Source: the human T2T-CHM13v2.0 reference genome, Homo sapiens. Taken from it: a DNA stretch of 64,000 nt. The stretch lies in NCBI RefSeq assembly GCF_009914755.1, contig NC_060947.1. One strand, 5' to 3'. The position numbers were made by a program, and so were the translations under genes. The notes below the pieces were generated by a model that ran no database searches, had not been told where the DNA came from, and was given only the letters and a program-made list of their open reading frames with translations. The first letter of the stretch is position 1; every line of letters starts with the position of its first letter. Below are positions 43,431-56,018 of this stretch, one piece after another.

Positions 43431-44426
43431 CTACCAGTTTTTCCTTTCCATATTTAGTGCTTCCTTCAGGAGCTCTTGTAAGGCAGGCCTGGTGGTGACA
43501 AAATCCCTCAGCATTTGCTTGTCTGTAAAGCATTTTATTTCTCCTTCACTTATGAAGCTTAGTTTGGCTGGATATGAAATTCTGGGTTGAAAATCCTTTT
43601 CTTTAAGAATGTTGAATATTGGCCCCCACTCTCTTCTGGCTTTTAGGGTTTCTGCAGAGAGATCTGCTGTTAATCGAATAGGCTTCCCTTTGTGGGTAAC
43701 CCAACCTTTCTCTCTGGCTGCCCTTAACATTTTTTCCTTCATTTCAACCTTGGTGAATCTGATGATTATGTATCTTGGGGTTGCTCTTCTCAAGGAGTAT
43801 CTTAGCAGTGTTCTCTGTATTTCCTGAATTTGAATGTTGGCCTGTCTTTGTAGGCTGGGGAGGTTCTCCTGGATAATATCCTGAAGTGTGTTTTCCAACT
43901 TGGTTCCATTCTCTCCTGCACTTTCAGGTACATCAATCAAACGTCCGTTTGGTCTTTTCACATAGTTCCATATTTCTTGGAGGCTTTGTTCATTACTTTT
44001 CATTATTTTTTCTCTAATCTTGTCTTCATGCTTTATTTCATTAAGTTGATCTTCAGTCTCTGATATCTTTTCTTCAGCTTTATCAATTTGGCTATTGATA
44101 CTTGTGAATGCTTCACAAAGTTCTCTTGCTGTGTTTTTCAGCTCCATAAGGTCATTTATGTTCTTCTCTAAACCGGTTATTCTAGTTAGCAATTCCTCTA
44201 ACCTTTTTTCAAGGTTCTTAGCTTCCTTGCATTAGGTTAGAACATGCTCCTTTAGCTCGGAGGAGTTTGTTATTACCCAGCTTCTGACGCCTACTTCTGT
44301 CAGTTCGTCAAACTTATTCTTTGTCCAGTTTTGTTCCCTTGCTGGCGAGGAGTTGTGATCCTTTGGAAGAGAAGAGGCATTCTGGTTTTTGGAATTTTCA
44401 GCCATTTTGCACTGGTTTTTCCTCAT
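43431..44426 (-). pseudogene. L1 ORF1 with nonsense mutations
   Basis: ORFs 44232-44426 (MRKNQ...) and 43431-44192 share one frame, separated by a single stop at 44232-44234; a second premature stop lies near the C-terminus. Confidence 0.9.
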
Positions 44427-45698
44427 TCTTCATGGATTTATCTACCTTCAGTCTTTGCTGTTGGTGAACTTCGGATGGAGTTTTTGCATGGTCATCCTTT
44501 TTGTGGATGTTGATGCTATTGCTTTCTGTTTGTTAGTTTTCTTCTAACAGGCCCCTCTTCTGAAGATCTGCTGGAGTTTGCTGGGGTTTTCCGCCAGACT
44601 CTGTTTGCCTGGGTATCACCAGCGGAGGCTTCAGAACAGCAAAGATTGCTGCCCGTTCCTTCCTCTGGAAGCTTCGTCCCAGAAGGGCACCCGCCAGATT
44701 CCAGCTGGAGCTCTCCTGTATGAGGTGTCTGTCAACTCCTGCTGGGAGGTGTCAGGGACCCACTTGAGGAGGCAGTCTGTCCCTTAGCAGAGCTCTAACG
44801 CTGTGCTGGGAGATCCACTGCTCTCTTCAGAGCCTGCAGGCAGGAACGTTTAAGTCTGCTGAAGCTGCGCCCACAGCTGCCCCTTCTCCCAGTTGCTCTG
44901 TCCCAGGGAGATGGGAGTTTTATATATAAACCCCTGATTGGGGCTTTTGCCTTTCTTTTAGAGATCCCCTGCCCAGAGAGGAGGAATGTAAATAGGCAGT
45001 CTGACTATACCGGCTTTGTGGTGCTATGGTGGGCTCTGCCCAGTCCAAACTTTGTGGTGGCTTTGTTTACACTGTGAGAGGAAAACTGCCTACTCAGTCC
45101 TCAGTAATGGCATCCCAGGTCGACTTCAGACTGCTGTGCTGGGGCAGTGAGAATTTCAAGCCAGTGGATCTTAGCTTGCTGAGATCCATGGGGGTGGGAT
45201 CCACTGAGCAAGACCACTTGGCTCCCTGGCTTCAGCCTTCTTTCCAGGGGAGTGAATGGTTCTGTCTCGCTGGCATTCCAGGTGCCACTGGGATATGAAG
45301 AAAAAGCTCCTGCAGCTAGCTCGGTGTCTGCCCAGATGGCCACCCAGTTTTGTGCTTGAAACCCAGGGCCCTTGTGGTGTAGGCACCCGAGGGAATCTCC
45401 TGGTCTGTGGGTTGCAAAGACCATGGGAAAAGCATAGTATCTGGGCTGGATAGCACCGCCCCTCACAGCTTCCTTTAGTTAGGGGAGGGAGTTCCCTGAC
45501 CCCTTGCACTTCCAGGATGAGGCGACGCCCCATCCTGCTTCTGCTCGCCATCCTTGGGCTGCACCCACTGTCTAACCAGTCCCAATGAGATGAACTGGGT
45601 ACCTCAGTTGGAAATGCAGAAATCACCTGCCTTCTGCATTGGTCTCGCTGGGAGCTGCAGACCAGAGCTGTTCCTATTTGGACATCTTGCCTGGGGAG

Positions 45699-45813
45699 TC
45701 TTTAAGATCCTCAATCACATTTTTTCCATATAAAGTAATATAAGTTAATGTTCACAGATTCCAGGGATTTGACGTGGACATATCTTTTGGGAACCATTTT
45801 CTGATCTTCCACA
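45699..45813 (-). mobile_element. MLT1C-like LTR, right part
   Basis: ttcacagattccagggatttgacgtggacatatcttttgggaaccatt...ccaca; LTR TSD aaggt (39021-39025) / aagga (45814-45818). Confidence 0.85.
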
Positions 45814-45917
45814 AAGGATATCCAACCAATAAGTGACAGAGCTGAGATGATTAACTGAAATTTAGGTATCTTGATAGACAAGCCTGTGTTCTTCTAATCC
45901 TGTAGCAAACTACCCCT
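45814..45917 (-). mobile_element. MIR, right part
   Basis: aaggatatccaaccaataagtgacagagctgagat...caagcctgtgttctt. Confidence 0.65.
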
Positions 45918-48900
45918 ATCTCTGCTCTAGAATAAATTTGGAGACCAGTCAATGTTACGTCTACATTTTGGAAGTTAGGAACTGAGTCCCCAAAAGGAGA
46001 GATGTTTTGATATCTGGTTAAGAAATATTAATAACAAACAAAAAGACAAATCAGATTCACAGTTAATATAGCAGGATGGTTTTTCCCATTTCTCTTTAAG
46101 GAATTAAGGATTTTGCTTGGTATATTTTATTTTAAAGACTTCTGGATATTGTTTGGATTAAACTAAGCTAAAAATAATATTTTATTTTATTATGCATTTT
46201 AGTGAGCTTATTATCAGTAATATGTTTAGCATAAAATTTATTAGTGACATGCCCTTTAATTTAGCCTAATTGGTGCTAATTTAGTTAGATTGCATTAAAT
46301 TACACCATTTAATGTAGTTATACGTGGGTCAAGAAATTTATTTCAAGAACTTGGGTAATGTTTCATGAAACTGAACAGTAAAAAACGGCATCTAGGTGGC
46401 TGAAAAATGCAATGTTCCAAAATAATAGTTTTCCTGAAGTCTTGTTAGAAAGGCACACAGATCTTGTCTTCCATCTCTACTCATTTTCCCAATCTGTAAA
46501 AATTAGCTAAAGTATAAATCAGGAAAAGGGGACTGACGCTCATAAGGATACTGGAATCTTTACAGACGATCCTTGCTCCAGCCTTCATTTCTGATTCACT
46601 GTGTTAGGGAGCAAATAACATTGAAAAAGAGAAAGAGGCTGTTTTCTATCCTCAATCTTTATGTCTTCCTTTTTGGATTTTGTTGGTTAGGTGATGGAAG
46701 TATGATGCTATTGATATTTCCCCCTCGGTGGTATAAAGAAAAAAGCCAATTTATGTTCAGAAAACACATACACAAAAACAAAACACTTTGCCAATGTGAA
46801 GCCTGAGCCATTTTCTCAGACTCTGCTTTAACCACCATGAACCACCAAGAGGTTTGGGTGAGGTTTTATGAAGACATAAAGATCAAGGATGGGAAACAAC
46901 CATTTTTTTTTTATTTTTTTGATGTTATTTGTTACTTAACATAGCAAATCAGAAATGAAGGCTGGGAAAAGGTTTATTTGTAAAGATTCCGGTACACTTA
47001 CAAGTGTTAATCTCCTTTTCCTGACTTGTATTTTAGTTAGTTTTTACAGGTTGGGAAAATAAGCGGAGATTGTCTTTCAGGGGATCTTTCCTTGCCCACT
47101 TGTTCCTCTCATTTCTGTTAACTCTGTCAGTTCCAAACATCTCCTATAGACAACTAAATGGTTGCTGTAACACTACTGGAGCTCATTCTAGAACTTAATA
47201 ACCATCCCAAGATATGATTTTTTTTTAGCTTGTCTCTAGAAGGAAGCATTGCCTTGGTCTTGAGGGGAGGTGGATCTGCAATAATCCTAATTTGACCCAT
47301 AGGTGGCTTTTTCTGCAGTTTGCCTTCAGATAGCTAACAAATGAGGGCAGACTTGCAGAAGTATAGACAGATTTGACAGAGACAGAACACTTCTCTTAAG
47401 GGGACCTGTGAGAGTACAGGTGAACCAAGCATCAGATTCTACAGGCCTTTTGAACTAAGGGGGCATCACACAGTATTAGCAGTAGCCCTGGGTCTCTCCA
47501 TGTGTTTGCAGCACAATTGAGCTGCTGCCTCTCCTCCTTAGCTTTCTATAGTTCTGGGAGCAAATGCCCCACAGCCCAACTGGTTTTGCCATTTTGCAAG
47601 TTAGAAACTCAAGCCTTCAGTGAATTTCCTCTCCAGTGGCTGAGGAGATACCAACATGGCTAGGGGGTGACAGGAGTTCAGAGTAGATTAAGGAAACTTC
47701 CCTAATGCCAGAGAACTTGGAAGGTGTGCCAGCCATTGCTGTCAATGTCCAACAATGCTGCCACCCCTAAGCAGACAGGCTGTGAGTACCACCTGGTTAC
47801 TGCCACTGCCTTTTTGGGTCTCTTCCTTGCCAGAGGCAGCTGAGGTAATGTCTTTGTTCAGCCCCTAGTGCTGAGCTCTTGTGTTACTGAACCCACGACT
47901 CAAGAAAAATGGGACTTAATTAGGAAAAGCTGCAGGGAGCCATCAAAGTGTCAGCAGCATTTTGAAGGAGAGACAAGAGGAAGTTGGGGATACTCTGGAG
48001 TCGGAAAGGCCAAAGGATAGTGTACAGGCTGGCAGCATTATGGCAGGGGTGCCTGTGTTGGCAAAACCCCAGGGCTGAATACCTTGATGAGGTGAAGCGT
48101 TCCCCAGTACCTAATGCTACGGTGCATTAAGGATGAGATAGTTCTCACTGAGTACTGTTCCTTGTAATAATAAAATTAATTTGACCATTTGGAACAAGAT
48201 TTATAATGGGCCTCATCCAAGCCTCTAAATATGCATATTCCACTTTGGAACTGTACATAATTGCTCAATTGCACCTGCAAATCATGTTGTTCGCTCACTA
48301 ATTATTCAAATAGTGGGGGCAATTCCACAATTGTGTATGTAATTGTGTTAATTGTTAATGCAGTTAGGTACAGGTGCACCGTGACTAATTACACATGCAG
48401 AAGCGGCTCCCAAACGGCTCACTGTCTCCATGCACGGGCTGCCCCTCTCGGAGACAGACATAAGTGGGTGACACAAACAAAGCCATAGGCCATCAGTGGG
48501 GGTCCATCTGGCAAGCCTTTCACTTGGGAGCCGCATATACATTTGGGAAACAATCAGGTCTTTGACTGAATTCAGCTGTTTTTGCTTTCGCTTCTCTTGC
48601 TCCCCCCCTTCCCCCAAGGCAGTGAGAGGCTTGGGGCACCGGGCTCCTGAGCTTGTGTGAGTATGTGTGTACGCATGCGCATGCACATATACACAGAGTC
48701 ACACAGAAACTAGTTTGTAGGGCTCGCTCTACTCATCTTTTTGCTGATAGTTCCCTTGCCTGATGAGATTAGCTTTTAGTCCTGGATTTTATTACTATCT
48801 TTCTCTGTCATCCATATGGTTTCAGGAATCAAGTTTATCTGTACCCAGTATCAGGATATTAATGCCATTTTCAGGGTAAGAGATGCAGCCTGGGAGGTGA

Positions 48901-49534
48901 AATTTAGGTGATTTCTGGGACATTCTTATGGCTTATGTCAATGGGACCAGAATAGGGACTGCTGCCACATTTATACTTTACCTATTTCCTCATTTCTTCA
49001 CCCAGGTCGGCCTCATTTTGTGGCTTGGTGCACAGCATTAGTAACAGCCTTCCTGGCTACAAGACATGTCTGAAAACTGGTGAAGTAGCTCTTCTGTGTC
49101 TGTGGGTCAGGGGCTGGTTGCATATCTCATGCTGTGGAAGGTATGCTATAGATATGTTCCCCAAATTTTAAGACTGACTTCTAGCAGCCATCAACATGTA
49201 CTTATTGTTTTGACTTTGTGCTCTGTAAGCCTAGCTCTGAGGAACTGGCTCTCTCATAAGAATACCCTCCCTGCTATAAGGAAGGCAGGTCAGCTGTAAA
49301 AAATTAATTAGCACTGGCTTGGAAGCTCAATGCCAAAAGGAAAATAAGCCACACTTAAGACAAATCAGTCTGTGACTAAAAAAGGAGAATATTTTGAGGG
49401 AGCACTGAAGTTACGAGTAAGGGAATCCACGCAAATTGGCCTCATACAGGTAGAAGCAATTCACTCTGCATCACTGTTGGACAAGGAACAGAATTGACTC
49501 ACTTCGTACCCAGGTCTCTGTCCCAGCAAGGTGC

Positions 49535-49665
49535 CCAATGTAACATAGGGATAATGTAGAACTCACATCACAGGATCGTTGTGAATGTTAAATGAGATAA
49601 TCTTTGTAGGGCACTTAGCACCATGCCTAGCCCATATTAAGTATTTAGTAAATGTGACTGTATCA
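49535..49665 (+). mobile_element. MIR fragment
   Basis: acaggatcgttgtgaatgttaaatgagataat...gcacttagcaccatgcctagc. Confidence 0.8.
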
Positions 49666-49899
49666 TTACTGTCATTATTGTTATTGCTGTAATTATTTCT
49701 ACTGTTGTCCTTTTACTCAATAAATATGGAAAATTAACCCTGCACTGCTGTTGCCTCCCCACCCCACCCTGGCCAGTCATTAACTCTGCCCTCCTGCCAT
49801 TGAGTATTGTTCATGCCTTCCTCTTCTCATTTTCTATAGTCTGCCTTGTAGTACAGGCATTCATGTATTTGTCTTCACCCACTAACTAGGCTATATGAC

Positions 49900-50312
49900 T
49901 GAATTAATTTGCTAGGGCTGCCATAACAAAGTACCACAACTTGGGTGGCTTAAACAACAGAACTTCATTGCCTCACAGCCTGGAGGCTAGAATTCCAAGG
50001 TCAAGCTTTTGGCAGTGTTAGTATCTTCGGAGGACTGTGAGAGAAAATCAGATCCAGATCTCTCGTTGGCTTGTAGATCGCCATCTTATCCATTCTTGTG
50101 TCCGCATATCCCCTTCCCTCTATGCGTATCTTTGTATACATTTCTACATTTTATAAGGCCACCAGTTATATTGGATTAGGTCCCAGCCTAGTGAAATCAT
50201 TTTAACTTTATTACCTCAGTAAAGGCCCTATAACTAAAGAAGGTCACACTGTGAGGTACTGGGGGTTAGGAATTCAACATGAACTTTGGGGGAACTCAAC
50301 TGAACCCAAACA
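49900..50312 (-). mobile_element. MaLR solo LTR, MLT1B-like
   Basis: gctagggctgccataacaaagtaccaca...gggtggcttaaacaacagaa...gaggtactgggggttagga; TSD atgac (49895-49899) / atcac (50313-50317). Confidence 0.88.
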
Positions 50313-50419
50313 ATCACCATCAACAATATAGTCTGCATTTTATTTGTGTTTGAAACTCCTACAATGATGTCCAGTACAGTGCCTGGACTATATTTGAAGA
50401 AGCAATGGGCCTGATGTGG

Positions 50420-50610
50420 TAGAAGTTGACAGGCCTGGGTTCTAATCTCTTTTCTCCCCACCCACGGACCAGTTAGCCAGTCTGAGTCTAATTCTCTATC
50501 TAAATGTGAGGCTCCTCATTCCTACCTTAATGGGAGTAATAAGCACTAATGATTATATACATGCAAAGTACCTGCACATATTAGATGCTCAGTAAAGTTA
50601 GTTATTACTC
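50420..50610 (+). mobile_element. MIR fragment
   Basis: gacaggcctgggttctaatc...tacatgcaaagtacctgcacatattagatgctcagtaaa. Confidence 0.6.
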
Positions 50611-50863
50611 AAATTTTTGCTGAGTAAACTAACGAACAAATAATGTCTGTAGGAGTGATTGAAACCTACATATCTAGTCACAACTGTTGGCCAGAATTAA
50701 GTTTTTAACATCTTTCTTAAGTTGGCCTCTTTTTCATTTCCTTTCATGGTTTTTTACCTAGTCCGTGTGTAATGGAAAGAAATTAATGCACTGGTTTGGA
50801 ATGGTGTGAGCAGCCAGCCAACTTTATGAACCAATTTTGTGAGGAACAATCAACATTGCGGCT

Positions 50864-50892
50864 GTGTGTGTGTGTGTGTGTATGTGTGTGTA
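50864..50892. repeat. (TG)n microsatellite
   Basis: Read directly from the sequence. Confidence 0.9.
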
Positions 50893-53693
50893 TACATACG
50901 TTTATTTGGACAGTCCAAGTTGCCTTTTTAGGTGTGATATTTAATTTGTGAATTGGAAAATCCAGTTTATCACTTCAAATTAAAATTTGTCTATTAAACT
51001 TCAGAAATGTATGTAATTTGTAAGAAAATATTCCCAATGACAACACTATATCTAAGGCCATGATGTCCAGTAGTTAGGAAACAGAAAATAGGCACTTGTC
51101 CAGAAACGAGGAGAATTCAAAGTTCACATTGACATTGTTCTTCATTATAGTTTCAGTTCAGTAACACAAGAGTGTCAAAATCAAATCCAATTTCCTTTTG
51201 CCTGCTCGTCTCAACATTGCAACAGTGGCTTAATGTGCATTATTTGCTACTTGGTTGACATAGATGGGAAAATCAGTAACACCAAACAGCCAACCTCATA
51301 ATCACTGATTTTTTCACACTGTGTCAGTTGCAGTAAATCACAGAGATATAGATACGTATATTTGTCATGTTGAAGGTGATTAAAAGATGTTGAATCTGTA
51401 ATCACTACAATGAAAGAGATTGTCATCAATAAAAAGACTCTAGAGCAAGGGAGTTATATTGATCTGAGCACAGGAATTTGCAAACTCTCTTTCTCAGTAT
51501 CTTGCCCTTCCAGAACTGTAAAAGATACAGTAGCACATTTTGTGGAAGAAGGTTCATATTTTAGTTCAGAGCACTTTTTTCATTTTCAGCTTCCAGGTCC
51601 TAATGTGGACCTTCTCAGTGGATGGCTACATTGTCATTCATGTTATCTAAAAGTTGATCTATATCTCCCTACTAAGCTCAGCTTCCATGCATTTGGCTGC
51701 ACATCCTAACTGGGTTAGGCATCATGGAAAAATCATTTGGAGGAGAGAGGGAGCTATAGAGACTGTTTATTTTCATTCAGAATTATCCACTGGCTGCAAT
51801 TGGTTTCATACTAATTCTATAAAGCAGTATAGAATTGTGAGTAAAAATGCATACTAAACAACTTAATGCAATAAAAATGAAGCAAGAACACTGTACTTAC
51901 ATTAAGTTTTCTCTTTTCAGCAGTTACATAGAGCCACGTATCAAGAACATATGTCTGTGTGGGCCCCCATTAATATAAAATTTGCATTATTGCAGGTCAG
52001 AGGGTCCATCGCTATTTATATTGGGGCCTAAGCCAACATTATGTGTGCCAAGTCTGTGCACCTTCCCACTGTCCTGCCTCTGTTCTCACCACCCTCTTCT
52101 TTATGCTTGGGTGGTCATATTTTGAAATTTCCCCAGGACCAGTTTATCATGCAGTCACGTTTCTCATCACATCTGAAGGATGTTGTGCTTCGCATGGTAA
52201 TGAGGCCCTCTTTGTTTCAGCTGCTGCACTGCTCTCAGTAACTCCCATCAGTTCCTGCAGTCTGAGGGCTAGTGCTGTGATGGTAGCGTGTGGAGGGTCT
52301 CTCAGGGAAAACAGCTTGCTTATTACTTGGTTGGGTTTTCTAAAACAGATTTAAATCAGTTTCAGGTTTTAAGCTGTTATGTTTACTCTGGTTTTTTAAT
52401 GCATGAAAACAATTTATGAGCATCAGTTGCAAGCCTTGGGTGGTTATGTTTGTCCAGATTATTGTGCCCATGTATACAACTCACTGCATATTTTCAAAAG
52501 AGGCTGAACCAAGTTACCGACACTCACTTGAACATGTTCTAAATAAAGAAATGACACTCCTGGATGGCATTAATTTATTTACGGATCTATTAACTGTGAT
52601 AGTGTATTTCTCACCAGAATTGCTGAAGAATATTATTTTCTGTCTTCTTTCAAAGTGATTATTATTTGGTTTCAAATTGCTTTAAATTGCATCCAAAGAA
52701 CATGTTTCCTCCATAGAGATATAGTCTGTCAATTTTATAAAATATGTGCCCATGCCTTATCTCAGCTAATTAAGCATCTAGTCCTGCAATTCTTATCTAG
52801 ACCCAAGGAAATTATGAGAATTTGATGCAGTAAAAGGATGACAGGATTGAGTTTGTTTTCCCATTAGCTGATTATACCACGATTCCAACAAAATCTATGT
52901 CCCCTGAATTTGGACAGAAATACTGCCTATTACCAAAGATAATGATTTCACTGAAAAACTCTCTGAGATCTTATGAATCACACTTGTAAACTCATATAAC
53001 ATAGAAGCCAGAATAGACCAAATACACTAGAGAGGGAATCAGGACCCTTCATTTCATAGTGAGGAGACTTTAGCCCAGAGAGCATAGGTGATTCACCAAA
53101 GGCACACAACTAGGTAAATTAAACTTGATTTAAAAAATGGACCCTAACTGCCAGAATAAATAGAGAGGTATGGTCCCTGTAATATATTTTGAGGCTGTCA
53201 AAGGTTGCCTTGACAGAATGGAGAATGCTTGACAGGCCAACATTTACCAAGTGTTCTTAATGAAGGAATACCATGTTCCCCTGAAAGGAATCATCAATTG
53301 TAGAGTATTATAAAATGACTTTCTCTTGGCATTGTTAATCGGTATAATCAATACATTTTATCTCAATTTACAGTCTTACACATCTGGGAGGGGTGCAAAA
53401 CCTGGAATACCTGCTTTTCCAGCCTTTTCAATTCATAGGTGAAGAACCTGACAGAGATCTAAAGAGGGGGAAGTATAACCAGGATATTCTGACCTCAGCT
53501 GCTGGGCTCTTTATTATGGGTCACCCCTCTTCTTTCACAGTAAACCTCCCATTTAAAAAATGGCCCATTATGAGATTTACTTATTGTCCAACTTAGCACT
53601 CTGAAAACAGAGAGCTGTAAGAATAAGTCCATTGATATGTTGAATTGCCCAAACAGTGGTACTGGTTGTCAAATGGTTAGCTTGGCCTTGCTG

Positions 53694-54409
53694 GTCAGAA
53701 CGGCAATTATTAAAAAGTCAAGAAATAACAGTTGCTGGTCAGGTTGTGGAGAAATTAGAACGCTTTAATACTGTTTAATACTGTTGGTGGGAATGTGTAT
53801 TTTTTCAACCATTGTAGAAGACAGTGTGGTGATTCCTCAAAGATCTAGAACAAGAAATACCATTTGACCCAGCAATTCCATTACTGGGTATATAACCAAA
53901 TGAATATAAATCATTCTATTACAAAGATACATGTACATGTATGTTCATTGCAGCACTATTCACAATAGCAAAGACATGGAATCAACCCAAATGCCCATCA
54001 ATGATAGACTGGATAAAGAAAGTGTGGTATGTATACACCATGGAATACTATGTAGCCATAAAAAGAAATGAGATAATGTCCTTTGCAGGGACATGGATGG
54101 AGTTGGAAGCCATTATCCTCTGCAAAGTAACACAGGAACAGAAAACCAAACACTGCATGTTCTTACTTATAAATGGGAGCTGAACAATGAGAACATATGG
54201 ACACAGGGAGGGGAACAACACTCACTGGGGCCTGTTGGGGGTGGGGTTGGGGGAGGGAGACCATTAGGAAAAATAGCTAATGCATGCTGAGTTTAATACC
54301 TAGGTGATGGGTTGATAGGTGCAAAAAATCACCATGGCACATGTTTACCTATGTAACAAACCTGCACATCCTGAACATGTACCCCAGAACTTAAAATAAA
54401 AATAAAAAG
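53694..54409 (+). mobile_element. 5'-truncated L1PA (about L1PA11-13) 3' end
   Basis: ORF 53941-54183 [24 protein letters not shown]...; 3' UTR ggaaaaatagctaatgcatgctg...gtaccccagaacttaaaataaaa; internal 10-bp duplication tttaatactg at 53764-53783. Confidence 0.92.
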
Positions 54410-54707
54410 ATTGAGGGAGCATTTTAAAGGAGACCAAATTGCAAGGTCTATGCACTTTGAAAGCTTTGGGAGATAATACTGGAAAGAGCAGGTTTTCTCT
54501 CATTAGAGCTAAATGGAACCAACCAACCAGTAGTTAGTCCATTAGACAGAACTCGTGAGAAATGCAGCTTTTGAAAAATTAAGCTTTAAAATTCCCATAA
54601 GGAGGACCCATTTTACCATTAAATTGTCAATTGCAGGTCAATACATATTATTCTATGTATACTCTCACATAGACTTTCACATATGCAGAGAGAAACACTA
54701 AAGTTGC

Positions 54708-55070
54708 TATATTAGTCTGTTCTCATGCTGCTAATAAAGACATACCCCAAACTGGGTAATTTATAAAGGAAAGAGGTTTAATTGACTCACAGCACCACAT
54801 GGCTGGAGAGGCCTCACAATCATGATGGAAGGTGAATGAGGAGCAAAGTCACATCTAACATGGTGGCAGGCAAGAGCATGTACAGGGGAACTCCCCGTTA
54901 TAAAACCATCAGATCTCATGAGACTTATTCACTGCCATGGGAACAGCACAGAAAAGACCTGTCCCCCATGATTAAATTAACTCCCACCAGGTCCCTCCCA
55001 TGACATGTGGGAATTATGGGAGCTACAATTCAAGAAGAAATGTGGGTGGGCACACAGCCAAACCATATCA
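54708..55070 (-). mobile_element. THE1 solo LTR (THE1B/C-like)
   Basis: attagtctgttctcatgctgctaataaagacatacc...cacagccaaaccatatca; perfect TSD gttgc (54703-54707 / 55071-55075). Confidence 0.95.
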
Positions 55071-55599
55071 GTTGCAAATTCAGAAATCCATAGCAGGTCA
55101 ATTAATTGTTTTAAAACTTCCGCTCTTGAATTACTTGTCTTTATTCAACAGCCTCAAGATAATCTTAGCTTCTCATTTGATTTAATCTGTTATGCAAAAA
55201 ATAGCACGAAGTCCTCTTATGGCTGTTTTAATCAGTTGCTTTTTGAGATTTTATAAAATAGCCAATTGAGCTCCACATTGTATTTTTTGTATGATTAATT
55301 TGAAGTGATTGTATTGGCCATAGTGGTTATGAATGCAAGGAAATAATAATCTTATCTTGCTTATGTTACTGAGCCGGGTGTATATAACTTTATGCTCATC
55401 AGAGCAATGGACAAATTGGGCTCATCGAACTGCAACTTACATTTTCATGATCATTCCATTGTATTATATTGGTACAACAAAGGAATTTTGCAAAATAAAA
55501 ATAATGAAACATCTTATATTTCAGTAGTGGCTACTAGATTTATATATACATATAAATATAAATTCCTATTTGATAATATAGTTGGGAACCAGTTTTTTT

Positions 55600-55828
55600 G
55601 TACAGTGATTAAGAACATGGGTTTGAAGTCTTACAGACATGGTTTTGTTTCTTGGCTTTATCACATATTAACTGTGGAACCTTGGGAAAATTACTGAGCC
55701 TCTATGAACCTCACTTTCATCATCTACACCATGGCGACAATAATGCCTGTAGCTTAGAGTTGTCATGTAGAATAAGCAAGTTAAAGGATAGGCCTGGTAC
55801 ACCTAAATGCTCAAAAAGCATGTCCTAT
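55600..55828 (+). mobile_element. MIR SINE
   Basis: agtgattaagaacatgggtttgaagtc...accttgggaaaattactgagcctctatgaacctcactttcatcatct. Confidence 0.8.
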
Positions 55829-55844
55829 AAAAATAACCATTTAT

Positions 55845-56018
55845 ATACAAAAATTAGCCGGGCATGGTGGCACATGCCTGTAATCCCAGATATTCAGGAG
55901 GCTGAGGCAGGAGAATTGCTTGAACTCAGGAGGCGGAGATTGCAGTGAGCCGAGAGCGTGCCACTGCACTCCAGCCTGGGCGATAAGAGCGAGACTCCGT
56001 CTCCAAAAAATAAAAATA
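55845..56018 (+). mobile_element. 5'-truncated AluSq/Sp-like element (linker and right arm)
   Basis: tacaaaaattagccgggcatggtgg...gcgataagagcgagactccgtctc plus A-tail; TSD core ataaccatt on both sides. Confidence 0.92.

Noticed and set aside
46387-46403. CTCF-like ggcatctaggtggctg
   Set aside because: Mismatches at core positions; not supportable without a PWM scan or ChIP data.
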